A DNA stretch of 64,000 bases from Lytechinus pictus (lineage: Eukaryota), in contig NC_087245.1 in NCBI RefSeq assembly GCF_037042905.1, forward strand, positions 39,000,001-39,064,000. Reading direction: 5' to 3'. A program made the position numbers and the translations under genes. Below the pieces are notes generated by a model that saw only the letters and a list, made by a program, of their open reading frames with translations, was not told where the DNA came from and ran no database searches. This document shows positions 23,906-38,586 of the stretch, piece by piece; the first letter of the stretch is position 1; every line of letters begins with the position of its first letter.

Positions 23906-26839
23906 TCAAGGTCTAAAAATCATTACAAGTAACGAAAAAAAAGAGAACATGATAAGACAGTGGTCATTATGGTTATACATAGAAAATTTGTTCAATGGGT
24001 CTGGCGTTTATTGTCAAAATTTAGAATCCCCGATTTTGACTAAGTAAAAATGGATTTGCTTATAATGTTTTCAGCTTGTACTTCTAGCTGCTGAAAACAG
24101 AAATTCGGAAAATTACTGAAAGTCTGGCTACAAGCGATCAATTTTACGAACTAAAACTAGCAATGCACTTACACAATTACGAGTTTAGATTGCCATATTG
24201 TATAGTGTTTGTGAATTAACAACGCCCTGCTACACTTGATTATACACTATTATTACTAGCCATATAATATCGTTGTAAATTTTACACAGAATTTGCATTT
24301 AACTCACATTTTAAAGAAATTGAGGAAGAAAATATTATATAATCCTAACTCTAATTGCCAATGCGTCATTGAGAATCTTGACGAATTTTGTTGATTTGAT
24401 TCTTCTATGTGATGGATGGATAAAAAAGTAACTCTGGCAAATGATAAGTATAATTCATTTCCTATTCTTCTGATTCTTTTTCTACTTTTTTAATTTTCCA
24501 AATTGCACACATTGGTGTCTGTCCATTAATATATAAAACATTTGTAGCATTTATATATAACGTATGAAAAAAGAGCACTGTCGACAAATGCCTCGCGTAA
24601 GGGCATAGGTGCCTTGGCAGGGGATTGAACCCTAGACTCTCATGTCCCAAAGTCAGGCGCCCTTGCCCGGCCACGACACCTCACAGTATCGTGTAAGTAC
24701 CTTTTTTTTGACAGCATGGATTGCATATGTAACGTACACTTGTCGCCAATGTTTATGACCTTTCGTTGTCTTATTGATTAGTGAGATTCGTTGTGTTTGC
24801 CGGGACAAGAATCTGGAGGCTTTTAATCTATCACTTTCGAATTGATGTTATGCTGAATTTGTAATCTTGTTATACTTGTTGTTGGTTTTTATACAATTTA
24901 TAAGAATATTTTAATAGAAGGTTGCACTCTAAAAGTTCAGTTTTTTAGCAGCCTTGTCCATTCACAACCTGATTAATAATTGTGTGATAATCTTATTAGG
25001 CCTTTATATCGTACGTAAAAACACTGTATGTTTTATTGCTTATTATATCAAAGTGTTCGAAAAAAACATAAATGTAATCATATCGTAATTTAATGAAATG
25101 GAATAAAAGATTACGAAACAATGAAATACAGTATAAGATTAGAAATTATGATCTCCGTATTAACTTCATTCAGACTGATCAAAAACGTAATCAGATCTAT
25201 GGACATTCATTGTTATGATAATCATGAATTCCTTTCTCAAAATAAAAACGTTATAGTTGTTGAAATGTACATAATTCGCTCTTAAAATATAGCCATTCTT
25301 AGAAAATTTCATGTGAAATAAATCACACGTATCCGTGCACTACATTTGTGAACTTTGTTTATCCCATACTCATGATACTTGCAATAGTTTACCCATTGAA
25401 ACACGGTATAGATTGAAGAAAATAATCGCTTGTAAATGGTAAATATCTACTCTCTTGTTAATGTATGTTTTCGTTCGAGATTCAATTTTTCAGTGATTTG
25501 GTAATAAAGCTTGTTTGGTGTCACATTATTTTGATTTGCTGTAGCTTGTTTGGAGTTCATCATTGTGATTATTTGTGGTTATAACTTTTATGAAATAATG
25601 TTTAATCAAACTGCTATAAAATATGACAGAGTGATTAGAAATAAGTAATCGTGGAAATGACTTTATACGCTCTTGTCGTGGAATTTTGAAGTAGATTACT
25701 GTCAATTCAGGTACGGACCTTCATGTAAGAATACAGGCATACACACCCAAATGACCGATAAAACGGAAATGATGTCATTTGTTATTAATAAGTGAAAATG
25801 ATAATTTCATAATGACTAGCAATCATTGTTCTCCAATATGAGTAGTGACCCGTTCACCCGATTACAAATAACAACACTTGTGAATATTAGTCTACATGTA
25901 GTTTCCAATTCCATATGAAATAAACTGGACGTATATAATACATGAGCCTTTAATAAATTTTTTTTTTTACATGTAATATTTTACAAGAAGAAATAAAGAA
26001 TAAATGATTTGATATACAATAACTAGTCTTTAATATCGAAAGCCCCCTTCACACAGAAGTTTTGACAATAAATCAGAAATATACATCAGTGAACATAAAA
26101 TAACTTGCAGAAAAACGGATTGTCGTTGTAAGCAAACATGCTTGAGAATATGACAAGCCAAAAAAATTATGAAACATAATCAATTTGAATGAGCAGATAA
26201 TAAGATAATAGAAGAAAAAAGTTATGATGATATAGATAATCATGACGAAAACGACGGCGACGATGATGATGACGATGGAGATGATTCAATTCAATTTCAA
26301 CTCAATTTATTTTTCATTCTTCAACATAATACAAATAATTACAAAAGATAAATTAATTCAATTTAAATAAAAGCATGAACAAAATTGAACATTGAGTAAA
26401 TGATATACATATTCAATAAGTGATTCAAATATAAATTAACATGCATGTCAAATTTAAATCAATATAATAAATATAATTAAATATAATTAAATCAATATAA
26501 TTATATATCATGAGAAGAATGGAGGGGTCCACTGAAAAGCAAAGCTTGTAAAATGTGGACCCCTCAAAAAGTTAGGATAGAAAGAATATTGAAATATACG
26601 TAAAGGAATACATGAATATAACGAAAGGGGCAAAAAAATCTTATATACAGGATTGTGAAATTCAGAGACAAAAGACAATACTACGACACAACACAACACA
26701 GGTACATGAGGGTGGACAATAGTACGATGACAACTGCCTAGAATATAGAAAGAAAAATAAAGATAGGGAGAGGGATGCAAAGCTAATCTGCTGCATATAT
26801 ATTATGTCTACACATACATACACATCATGTACATATATG

Positions 26840-27040
26840 ATATATGATGATGATGCTGCTGCAGGAATGATGATGATAAAGATACCGCTGATGAAGATGA
26901 TGATGATAAAGATACTGATGATGGTGATGATGGTGATGATACTGATGATGATGATACTGACGACGACGATGATAATGGTGATGATGGTGAGTATTATGGA
27001 AAAGATGATGGTGGTGGTGTTGGTAATAATAATGATATGA
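26840..27040. repeat. (GAT)n microsatellite
   Basis: directly visible. Confidence 0.9.
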
Positions 27041-28398
27041 TGTGTATAGAATAGCATAGGGGGAGAACGAAAAAGGCATATTGTGAAAAGAATGACATAC
27101 TGTCTCCCATCTATGATCATCTTTCAGTTACAAAGGGCTGTTTTATACAAATTCATTTTAAATAGAAGAAGGCATAAAGTCATACCGGTTGATATTCTTT
27201 TTATTAGTGTTATGTAACAACCATTGCAAGAAAGGATAAGTTATGATTTCAAATTTTCAAGATAGTCTTTAATGTCTGCGGAGCTTCTCTTGCTTATAGT
27301 CTTGCTTTCTTGTTTCTATTATCTACAATGTTTACAATAATCCTCTACTTGTTTCTTCAGCAAAGTCTATATTTGGTACGATAGTCCTCTCCGTCTGCAA
27401 AAAACGACGTATACTGGGCGTATACTCCACCCAGTTTGTTAACCCGTCTTATACTTGGTTCGGTAGCTCGAAACAAAAATTATGACGTAAATAAAGAAGA
27501 CACGAAAATAAATCAACCTTAACCCATACAGCGCAGAGCAATGCATGTTCGGAAATACATACAACTGCATACCGTCTGGTGCGAAACGTCATCGCACGCC
27601 CCGGTGCACTTTGAATCAGCCGTCGACATTTCCGCATTTAGGATCCACACAAAAGGTGGTCCTGTGGGTTTACTATAGTATTATTGACAAACTCGGTATA
27701 CAGTCCCACCAGTACACATTTGTGATGTTTGACGCTGAATTGACAGTTCTGGACTCCTGTATGTGTTGAAATTTATTCATAATATAACCACGATGATTGA
27801 TTAACTTGATTTCATGGATTTGAAGTTTGATAGTACATTTGTCGACACCCAATGTGACTCTATATATCTGTGTATGTGGCGCCACGAATAAGGGAGCAAG
27901 GGAGATTCTTGGAAACTGGCGGGTTCCTTAACGCCAACATAATTCAACATAATCTGGAGACTTTAAGATTTTATAAGAAAGGAAAGTTGATATCTTGTTC
28001 TGTTGTAAGGTGAGTTCATTGAATATCTAGTTAGACGTTTGGAATGTCGAGATGCTATAAGAATGGCCAATAGTACACAACTTATTGTTGATACTAAATG
28101 CAAAATAATTATGATAACGCATCCTTTTGTGAAAGAACAAATAATACATATATATTTTTATTTCAAATATGATTTTGATTGTCATTATCTTTCCAGTTGA
28201 AATTCCGTATGAGAGTTTGTCACTCAAGATGATTTTACTTCATAACTTTCTTCACTATTTGAATTTCCAGTTCCTTTTAAATAAAAGTGACAATATTTGA
28301 GAAAAAAGACTTATTGAACCCTTAAGAATTTTCTTCAGTTCGCAAACTTGATTAAGGGATATGTATGCGTTATTATGTTAATGGAGGGGGGGGGGGTG

Positions 28399-28892
28399 TA
28401 TACTCTCTAAATGCATAAGAGCTTATCTCAGAGTGAGACGAGGGGCCAATCAATTTTTTCGGGATTTGCATCTTCTGGGGCGAATTGTGTAGGCCTATAT
28501 TTTTTGACATTTTCACTCCAGAAGGAGCTATAATCTACTCTCAAAAGATGCAAATCCCACTCCAAAACTGGACCCTTGTCTCACTCTGATAGGAGTGTGT
28601 TTAGGGACTAGATTTGTTCTCTTGCATTTAGAGTGTACACTGCAAAAACGCCGGTGTTGATTTAACACCGGCCTGGTATCTATATCGGTCCACACCGGAG
28701 AAGCCTTGAAACAATACCAGTTAAGAACCAAACCGATATTGGTTTAACATTAATTGGTGTTGCTTAAAGTTGAATGCCAAATTATTGTTATAGCCTAACG
28801 CCAAACTGGTGTTGTTTCTATGCACCTCTCTGATGTGGACCGATATAGCTACCAGGCTGATGTTAAATTATCACCGGTGTTTTTGCAGTGTA
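28399..28892. mobile_element. two abutting TA-flanked MITEs sharing the TA at 28636-28637
   Basis: CTCTAAATGCA...TGCATTTAGAGTG-TA-CACTGCAAAAAC...GTTTTTGCAGTG-TA. Confidence 0.75.
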
Positions 28893-29579
28893 GATTTATT
28901 AATTTACGACATTGAACCGGATGATACTCTGAACTTTGTTCAAGTTTGTAATATGTACATAGTTGTAAATTAAACTTGGTTATGTGAATGTGATGAAGAA
29001 ACTATACGAAAATAAAAACTGCAAGATCACTCCATCGAATGAATGATTGGATTCATCCCATTACTCACCCTGCACAAAAACCAGGATAACCCTCCAAATC
29101 TCTGACGTGAAAACGTCCGTTTCTGAGTGACCCTGTTTCGTCGAGGCGTATCTATTCTTCTCCTATTTGCATCAAAAGGCAACCCTTTTGTTAAAATTTC
29201 CATCGCTATTTTTGAAGGACAGCAAGGGACAATATAGAGTTACATGTATACGGCCTGCAACTGAGCTACATGTAGAAATAGAATCTGCTTGGATTAGATA
29301 TTCAAATAAAGACGATGAAATAGTGCATTCGGCACGCAGGTCATGACTGTATTTTCATTTTTAGTTTTCGCCCCTTCAACATTTTCAACATAATATGTCC
29401 AAAGTCCATACAGATATCATGAAAATTAACAATTGATTGGTCTAAGACAGATGCAATACAAAACATGCCCTATATACTGTAGATTTTAAGTGAAATAATA
29501 ATAATATAGCATTTAATACGCTCGATATCTCTTTTCTAGCAATCCCTCTGAATACAGTATGATAACTGCTTGCATAATT

Positions 29580-29810
29580 AATTAGTCTTGGAATGGCTGA
29601 AAAGGTCAATCCTAGATTTACATTTTTCAAGCAGGTGGGGCAGATGAAATTATCTATCAAGTCATTGTTATTTATCTGTTGGCGTAGTTTTCTCGCTGCC
29701 CGCAAAATCAAGACGATGTTTCTTTCGTCGAGTTTCAAATCTTTTTACACCGTGACGTACATCTGCACAGACTTCCCGTGATTCAGGGTTAATCTGGTAG
29801 GGTTGATATG
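29580..29810 (-). mobile_element. 3' fragment of an RTE-clade LINE ORF (frameshifted)
   Basis: Minus strand INPESREVCA.VRHGVKRFE / RAARKLRQQ...FICPTCLK / KCKSRIDLFSHSK* matches the RTE C-terminal CPxCxKxCxSRIGLxSH zinc finger. Confidence 0.7.
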
Positions 29811-29972
29811 CTCTATGTATCACAGCGAACACAATATGTAACAAAACACATAATAAAATACATAAACATGTACAAAATATATTTTTTAAAATACACATAC
29901 AAACATGGAGGTATCCACCTACCTATGAATTTCAACGTATATGCCTAACACATAGCACATTATGTTCATAGG

Positions 29973-30463
29973 CAGGGTTGGGCTCAATTACAAATTAATT
30001 GATCAATTACGTAATTAATTCAATTTTTTGAGTAATTGTAATTGAAAAAATCTAATTGACTTCAATTACTGTCAATTACTTTCAATTACGTTCGATTACT
30101 TTACAATAAACTTACTTATTTATGATTTAATGTCATGACCTTTTTCATGTCAACTATTCAGCATCAAAGAGTGTAATAGGCTGAATCCGTGCTCTTTTAA
30201 CATAAACCTTCATCTTGTCAGTTTCTCTATAACTTAGAATCATGTTGAAATAGGTGGTGCTTGTATATACAGTATACAAATTGATTTAATTTATGAGTTG
30301 TATAGAAAGTAATTGAAATTGTAATTGTAATTTACAAAAGTAATTTGTAATTGAAAAAAAGTAATTTACCGGGTAATTAAAAAGTAATTATAATTGAACT
30401 TTTTTTCTTAAATTACGTAATTTTTGTAGTTGTAATTGAAAAAAGTAATTGTGCCCAACCCTT
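29973..30463. mobile_element. hAT-like MITE with perfect 8-bp TSD
   Basis: TTCATAGG | CAGGGTTGGGC...(GTAATT/AATTAC repeats)...GCCCAACCCTT | TTCATAGG. Confidence 0.85.
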
Positions 30464-30477
30464 TTCATAGGTCAGTA

Positions 30478-30729
30478 TACACTGCAAAAACACCGGTGTT
30501 GATTTAACACCAGCCCGGAATCTATATTATGTCCACACCAGAGAAGTGTTAAACAACACCAGTTTGGTTTTGGTCTTACACCAGATAGGTGTTTACACAA
30601 CACCAATTAGTATTAAAACAGCATCAGTTTGAATCCAAACTGGTGTTATTTCAATACTTCTCTGGTGTGGACATATATAGATTCCGGGCTGGTGTTACAG
30701 TAAATCAACACCTGAGTTTATGCAGTGTA
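30478..30729. mobile_element. TA-CACTGCAAAAAC MITE (relatives at 28636, 30856, 57537, 63937 truncated by the window end)
   Basis: TA-CACTGCAAAAACACCGGTGTTGATTTAACACCAGCCCGGAATCTAT...ATAGATTCCGGGCTGGTGTT...TGCAGTG-TA. Confidence 0.8.
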
Positions 30730-31915
30730 CTAATCATCACCCCAAATATAAGAAGGCCTCATTACACCACTGGTATTCTTTAGATTAGATCATATTCACA
30801 CAAGTCATATAGACATCAATAGTACGGGTATATAACTTAAGTGTTAATGGTGCCTATACACAGCAAAAACTGTGGTGTTAACCGGTGTACATAGAGGACC
30901 ACACCAGTTATTTTACACCGGTGTTAAATTGACAGTGTTAGTTTAACACATATAGGTGTTATTACAACACCTTTGATTGTTAAATTTACACTCTTTGGTG
31001 TTATATTAAATCTCTAGGGTGTAATTTTAATACCTCAGTGTGTGGTCCTCTACAGACACCAACTGGTATCAGTTTTAACACCACAGTTTTTTACAGAATA
31101 TAGGCCCTACGTGATTAATATAATTTGAAAAATCAAAATTTACCTGGGGTTGCCATAATTAAAAGCTAGTAATTCTAAAATTTACAAAATGTTTATAGGT
31201 CCTAAAAAACAACTTTATTCAATGCTTCCAAAGTAAATAAAACGAACCAAACAAAAAAAGCTAATAATTTCTGTTGATGGTACTGCAATTTGTCTTATTT
31301 TGAAATCCCTTCCGAAAAGGCCTCAAATAAAAAACAAGTTGTAGTTCATCTTAAAAACAATAATGTTCATCTTAAAAATAATAATCAGTTTAAGAACTTT
31401 TTTAGTGTTCAGCTTTTATAGATGTAATAATTTTTACCTCCATGATGTAATAAACATTAATATACACTACCTGATTCGTAGAAAGCCGGACTCTGCTTTT
31501 TGATAATTTCCTTATCATGTTAATGATTTACCTATGCATACACGAAATGTTGACCGAGTGTGTTTGAGAAATGGCTGATAAAAACATATGAGTATATATT
31601 TACCTACCATTTTGCTTACTGCAGTCTGTTTGTGTACAATAAGCCTTTAAGTGAAAAAAAAACAGACAATGAAAAACTGCAACTGAATAGTCATATTTAT
31701 TGTTTAATCCTTTTTATATTTAGCATTTTGCTTATTGCAATCGTGGTTGTGTACAATGATTATGTCTCATTAAGTGAAAAATCGAGAATATACAGTATAA
31801 ATGCTACCAAATTGGCAATCCACCTGTAAGCAAAATTCTATTCTGCATGTTGAGAGTAGATCAATTATGTATGAGTTGATGGGGGATTCTGGATAGCTCT
31901 ATAAGAGGACTGTAC

Positions 31916-32079
31916 CAGGGGCGGATCCAGGATTTCCCAAGGGGGGGGGGGCAAGAAAAAAAAAGAAAAAAAGGTTTTCAACTAAAAAATAAGGAAATTT
32001 CGCCCACACAAAAAAAAATGACAAGCAAAAAAAAGGGGGTCACGGGCCGACTGTGCCCCTCCCCCTGGATCCACCAGTT
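31916..32079. mobile_element. hAT-like GGGGCGGATCC mini-element (also 44854-45093, 54245-54599)
   Basis: CAGGGGCGGATCC...GGATCC ends, near-TSD GACTGTAC/GACTGTAT; the copy at 44854 has ATTCTGAT/AGTCTGAT. Confidence 0.7.
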
Positions 32080-33203
32080 GACTGTATGATATATCGCTTG
32101 AGGAGGACATTGCAGCCACACCCACGTAGACATTCACTAATTATTTTAGTCATTTTAGGACGTGGAACGTATCTACATCCGGTCTCAGAGTCACGTGATC
32201 CTGATTTATAACCAAGTATAGGTTGTAGTCATTAAATCATTATTCCTTTATTTTAAGAAAAAAATAAAGATAATACGTAGCAATTCAGAGAACAGCGAAT
32301 TGACAGCTATGTAATAGAAACTGAACGCTGAACAAAACCGGTGTATATAATGTATATACTCATTGAATAAGCAATTTGATATCAGCTCCACATGTTATTT
32401 TATCATTATTATTTTTATTATCATTATGATGATAATCATAATCTTCATTATCAACATTATTATCATTATCATCGTTATTATCATTATCATAGTTATTATT
32501 ATTATCATGCTTTATTGAATAAATTATTTTTTTCTACATTTTATCATCATTAACTGAAAGCCCGAGGCAGAATCTGATAGATTAATATTTCATTCTAACA
32601 ACGGTTTAAATGACCAAAACAATTTGATTGACTGATTTCGAAGACTATCTATATTGGCCGTGTGAATAATGATGATATACAGTATATCAAGAACGTAATG
32701 TGACAGATTTTATCAAAATTTAACATTGGTTCATCGAAACCCCGTTTCACATAAGACCTATATATTTAACTGTTGTAACTTTGACATCATGTTAAATACC
32801 ATGATAATTGGGCTCAAAACCCAATCAAAATCATTAAATCAATATTATCTTCACCTAGTTACAATATAGAATGGCAAAATTACAATAATTTGAAGCCTTT
32901 ATTAAATGGGCACCAGCAGATGGGTATATCCTAACCAAACTAGAATATCGTCAATAGAACCGAAATATAGAACAGTTAATAATGATAATACATTATTAAT
33001 GAAAATTCAAGACAAAAGTGAAATGTTGAAATTTTTGTAAAACTCCACCAGAAACCAAAAATCTAGTTAGTATCAGGGGTATAGGCCTATCATAACTGGA
33101 AACCAAGCATGCATGAAAGCGAATGATCCCTTTTCAGCTGTTTCAATAAAAAGGCAACTGTCATAAATCACTTATGACACGCGTTATTATTGAATTAGCT
33201 ATA

Positions 33204-34184
33204 CAGTGCGTATCAAAAAAAAGTTTACACTTTGAAAAAGCCCTGGGAATTAAAAAATATACAACATGTGGGTAATTTTTTCACATATAATCTTGGGTGT
33301 GTGTCTCATCTATCCAATGAAAGTAAAAGTTTTGTCAGAATGTTACACTTGAGTGAGCACTGTCCATTTTTGTAACGCTCGCAGAAATCTGTTTGCGCAG
33401 AAATGCTCGTTTTCACGCTGTGTTAAGGGGAAACGGCGAAATCAAACTTACCCTGCGAAACATTTCTCATACATTTTCCTTGCACTTTTAGTCAGTTGAA
33501 ATAAGACGGATATATTCAAGCATTTTGTAACAATTTTGCCACCCAAATCGAAATTTCAGCACTTAGTAAGCACAACCTTTACCCTTTTTGTGCCAGCTGG
33601 ATCTGAGGACATAACTGAATCTGAACAAAAGTTTAAATCAGACATCTCCAGCATTATTTCACTCAGTTTTTATCATTAAAAGTGGGTTTACATTTCATTT
33701 TTCATTTAATACTTGTTTCTCCACACTTTTCCCAAGCTTGGCAATGATTAACAAAATCAAAATCAAGCTTAAGCCATTCCATGTAAATCACAGCTCAGTG
33801 TAAAGCAAATATCGTCACGATGGCCTCGGTGTGTGGAGGAGAGGGGTGAAATGCTCTCTTCGAAGTGTTTTGGGCAAGGAAACAAGTCAAAAAAGGTAAA
33901 AGATATCTTCAAATCAATTTTAATAGCTAAATTCTCGTGTTCTTCATGATTAAGGTCTACTTTTATTCGCATAACTATTTCAAAGTTCTGCGCAAATAAT
34001 TTTTCACTAACTTTTCAAAAGTAAGTGGTGCTCACTCAAGCGGAAATATTTTTCGACAGTTATATCGTCATTTGATTAAATGGACCTGTACCAATGTTAA
34101 AATGTGGAAAAGTGTTCAGGATATTACAAATGTATAATTTTACAGGATTTTTTCAAAGTGTAAACTTTTTTTTGATACGCACTG
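33204..34184. mobile_element. Tc1/mariner-type non-autonomous DNA transposon, 981 bp
   Basis: TA-CAGTGCGTATCAAAAAAAAGTTTACACTTTGAAAAA...TTTTTCAAAGTGTAAACTTTTTTTTGATACGCACTG-TA; perfect ~36-bp TIR, no transposase ORF. Confidence 0.88.
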
Positions 34185-34879
34185 TAGAGACAAGTATCTC
34201 TCTCAATCCCGTCAGACATTGCTCAAAGATTTCAGAGTCCACCTGCATGATGAATTAATCTGATAGGCATATTTACTCTTCAACTATCGCAAATATCAAG
34301 TCACTCCAGAAACACAATCGGTATTAGCAGGGGTAATCCCCACAACAACATTTTGACCACAGCATGTTTCATACAGGTAATCAAATAATTTATCAATGAC
34401 GATTATGTTTATGAAAGAAGGTTTTGTTTCTCTTATTTGCATTTTGCGAAACCAGACATTATTAAAGTGTTTGTTGAAGTATACGTGTACTGTACGAGAA
34501 CTAGGCCTCCACTTATGGTTTCATAATTATGCAAATGAAAATATGTGATGAGTTTATTTTCAGACGTAGATCCAAAACAATGAAAAACATACGCTTTATA
34601 GAGCCTTATTTTTTTAAGGACGCGGAATAAAATAAGCCTAAAAAATATGTGAATTAGCCCAAACCCTGATTTAAGTAAATTTAAGTCTGCAAGTCTTCGC
34701 ATCAAAATAATTTTTGTATCATTAAGCGAAATGATAAGACAACAATCGGTGATGTGATTAGTTAATATTTTTGGTTAAGGTGCACTATTACTGCAAATTT
34801 CAGTGCAAGGTATAGCGTAGCGAGCTAACCAAAACAAAAATCAATACTTCTCAGCAAATAATTTATTCCGTTATTATAA

Positions 34880-35030
34880 GTGACCCGGGTTCGATTCCCA
34901 AGTGGTGCGCTAGTGCCCTTTGGTAAGGCATTTATCCTCATTACCAGGTCCCTCGGAGAGGACCTTAAGCCGCTGGTCCCCTGGTTGCTTGTTCACAGGC
35001 ATTCGTGCTTTCTTAGCAGTCAGGTAAAAA
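34880..35030 (+). mobile_element. tRNA-derived SINE fragment
   Basis: GACCCGGGTTCGATTCCC B box followed by core; other tRNA-like heads at ~24575-24680 (-), ~61537-61640 (+), ~62165-62270 (-). Confidence 0.6.
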
Positions 35031-35538
35031 ACCTCGGTATAACATAACTATGTGTGTTGTAGTTTTGGACAAATTTCACAAGTGAGCTCTGTACTGTACA
35101 CAGCCAAATTGCGTCGTCTTTTTGGAATCTGTAAATGCAGTACAGTTTATACCAATTCACGAAGCGCTGAGTATGATGTGCATATTTTCCCATTGTGTCT
35201 TTTCTTTTCTTCGAATATGAAACATTCCTGGATTCATATCAATAGAGTATATTGTTGAGTATCCATCCATATCGAATGTCCTTGCGGTGTGTGAGAATCT
35301 GCACTCATTTTAGAACGCGATCATGGTGATGGAGTTCCCCTCCATGTTCAGATGTTTATTATACAAAGAACCATGGTGTGTTTCGGTTTAAGAAAAAATG
35401 GTAAAGAAATTAAATTGAGAGACATCGAAGAATTGGTATGATATCATATGTTTTGAACCAGCAAAACAATATAGTAAATTGATATAATGACAGCATTAGG
35501 TTTGTTTATTTTCTGTAGGGAATTCATTTTTTCCTTCT

Positions 35539-36142
35539 TTAAAGGCCAAGTCCACCCCAGAAAGTTTATTTTAATAAATAGAGAAAAATCAAACAAGAAT
35601 AACGCTGAAAACTTAATCAAAATCGGATGTAAAATAAGAAAGTTATGACATTTTAAAGTTTCGCTTATTTTTCACAAAACATTTATATGCACAATTCAGT
35701 GATATGCAAATGAGAGAGTCGATGATGTCACTCACTTACTTTTTCTTTTGTTTTTTATTGTTTGAATTATACAATATTTCAATTTTTACGAATTTGACAA
35801 ATAGGACCTCTTGTTTTAACCACGAAATGTTAAAACAGTGGAAACCCACATGTTGAGGGAGGAATTTTTTTTTCACATGGCAATGAGGAGAAAATTAAAA
35901 TATTTCATATTTCACATAATAAAATACAAAAGAAATAGTGAGTGAGTGATGTCATCGGTCCCCTCATTTACATACCGACCAGGATGTGCATATAACTGTT
36001 TTGTGAAATTAAGCAAAACTTAAAAATGTCATAACTTTCTTATTTTACATCGGATTTTGATGAAATTTTCAGCGTTATGCTTGTGTGATTTTTCTCTTCC
36101 TATTCAAAGCAGCTTTTTGTTGGGGGTGTACTTGTCCTTTAA
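35539..36142. mobile_element. Kolobok/T2-type MITE, same family as 11694-12302
   Basis: TTAA-AGGCCAAGTCCACCCC...GGGGTGTACTTGTCCT-TTAA; a degenerate copy also ends at 5050. Confidence 0.85.
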
Positions 36143-38173
36143 GTACAAACTGGAAGCATCAATAAGAATGCTGCACTTTAAATAAACACAATATACTCAT
36201 TAAAACGAAATTATATTTCAAGCCAATCCTTATGATCGAAATATTGTCCCGAATGCGCTTTAACATTTTTAATATATTGAGAAAATTGGAAATTGAAATA
36301 TTTTTGGTCATTGTTATAATAAAAATTTAAAAGGGGGACAAAAATATCCCGTTGTATGATCTGACCTGGTTTTCAACCGAAACTATCACTCCATCCAACC
36401 AACCGTCCATCGAATTAGATGTCTGTTTTATATTTTAATAATATTTAGTGGTAAGGGATCCTTTTTGTTTATCGTGTACAAACAACTTAGGAGAAAAAAG
36501 TAGGCCGATATGAAGTGATTGGAGCTTAGGACGTTGAGATCTGCAGATCATTTTAAAATTTCATTTTTTCTCCCTTTTCCAGTATTTCAGATATACTGTA
36601 TTATACAATTTCGGACCATCTATGAAAGCTTTGATAGCTCACAGCGTTACCAGCTTGCACATGAAGTTAACACATTAACAAAATACCAGTGGATGTTTTT
36701 CCCTCATAAAAAGTATGTTAAGAAGAAATAATTGTCAAATTAAACTAATTAGATCTGATTTATTACTGTAGAGCCATTAAGATTCACATAAAATCCTGGT
36801 TCTGTGCGTTGTATAAAAAGAAACTCGTTCAGAAATGTTCATGTGTGTTTACAATATAATTATATAGTAAATTTGAAGTGATGCACAATTTCATGCACGA
36901 GATTTTGAGTTTGTTGCTGCTTATCTATAGTAGTTTGATGGGTGGTGACATATTACACACTTAAAATGTTGGGCAACATACTGTCCACTGTGTTGGGTAA
37001 TGTATGTTGGTAAATTTTTTTTTAATATATATATTCTCGGCAATTATTACCCAATCCTTTTTTGTTGTTGTTGATAGTCTTTTTCCTCCTCAATTTCCCC
37101 CGCTATGTACTTGAAAATTCAAGGGGAAGTGGCGATCTTGACTCAAAATGGTGCGCCAGACACAATGGCCAGTATCCTGAACTCAGGTTTACATCAAATC
37201 CCTAACAGAACAAATCCACTTTATTAACTCATTTGACACTCAAATTGTTCATAATTGCCTGGTAATGATAACTAAAATATTTTTCCTCATTAGGTAATGA
37301 AATAGTAAACAAGAAATAGACAATATAAACATAGTTTTTTACATTTTGGCTTCCCATAATTTTAGCACAGAGTTAGACCGTGGTCTAATTTAAACCTGAC
37401 TTCAGAATACGAGCCAATGCGTGTTTATTAAGGTTGATCTTTCAAGTCCACGATGAAGGTCATCGGTCATAGAGCTATTAAATTGCTTTTTTTTATAGAT
37501 ATAAATGATACCAATTTGGACAGGTAAATGCTAGAATTTTAGAATTAAAAGCTGTACAGAAATATATTAACAGTTGATGTAATTTCTTACCATTTATTAA
37601 CGTTGATATATTCTCTTTTTCTCCACTTTCAATGTCTTTCAGGTCAATATTGGTTTTGGCAAGTGCATCGAGTAAGGCATATCCAGGACATTGTATTCGA
37701 TTTGAAAAGTGAATGTTGTTTTTGGAGATGCATGGAGAGCTGAAAGGAGGACCAATATGATTATGTGACCGTTCGCTTCATTATCTGCATTTGGTGCCCT
37801 GAAAACAAGTGCATCTTAACTCTTTGCGGGCTCAACCGATCCTGAATGGATGATATTGACAATAATTATTTTGTAGGTTCTTTTAATCTTCATTTCCCTG
37901 TTCCACCCTTTTATGCTGGTATTTATTATATAGATATTACTTGCTACATTGGCGTGCAAAGGACTGCAAACGCGAAATCAGCTGGAAGGAACAAATTCGA
38001 TATCTTCGATACTCTCTTTCGTCTGTCAAGTTCTGTACCATTTGGGGTCATAAACAGAAGAAAAGGGGATCGTTCTTGACACTTACGCATTCGTAACATA
38101 GGATATATAAGCTGAAAAGTTCATACGAAATTCAGGACGCAACACTTTGCCGTCGGGAATTAATTAGTTCACC

Positions 38174-38287
38174 ATGCCTCGCGGAATGAATCTAGAATCT
38201 GCAGACGACCTCGCCTCACTGGAGTCACTTAATGAGGATAATATGCTAGAGGCTCTTTGTCGGCGGTATGAAAAGGATAAGATTTAT
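38174..38287 (+). CDS. myosin coding exon 1
   Basis: acc[41 protein letters not shown] |gtaagt. Confidence 0.9.
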
Positions 38288-38554
38288 GTAAGTGGTAATT
38301 GCTATTATTGTAGCCCTTTTATTCCCGTTTGTCAGGTTTTTCTAATCTATTACCATGGCGACGAACAATATTATCAAATGTGTGATGATTTCATTAATCA
38401 TCTTGTCATTATCGTCCGTCACCATCATCATTATTAGCATCATCATTAACACCATCATCGTCAGCATTATCATCATCGACATCATCATCATCATCATCAT
38501 AATCATCATCATCATCTTTATCATCATCATCATCTTTATCATCATCATCATCAA

Positions 38555-38586
<32 letters not shown>

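Noticed and set aside
23032..38173. Possible kinase exons for the class-III-like myosin
   Set aside because: No GxGxxG, HRD, DFG or APE-bearing exon seen by eye; very short exons cannot be excluded
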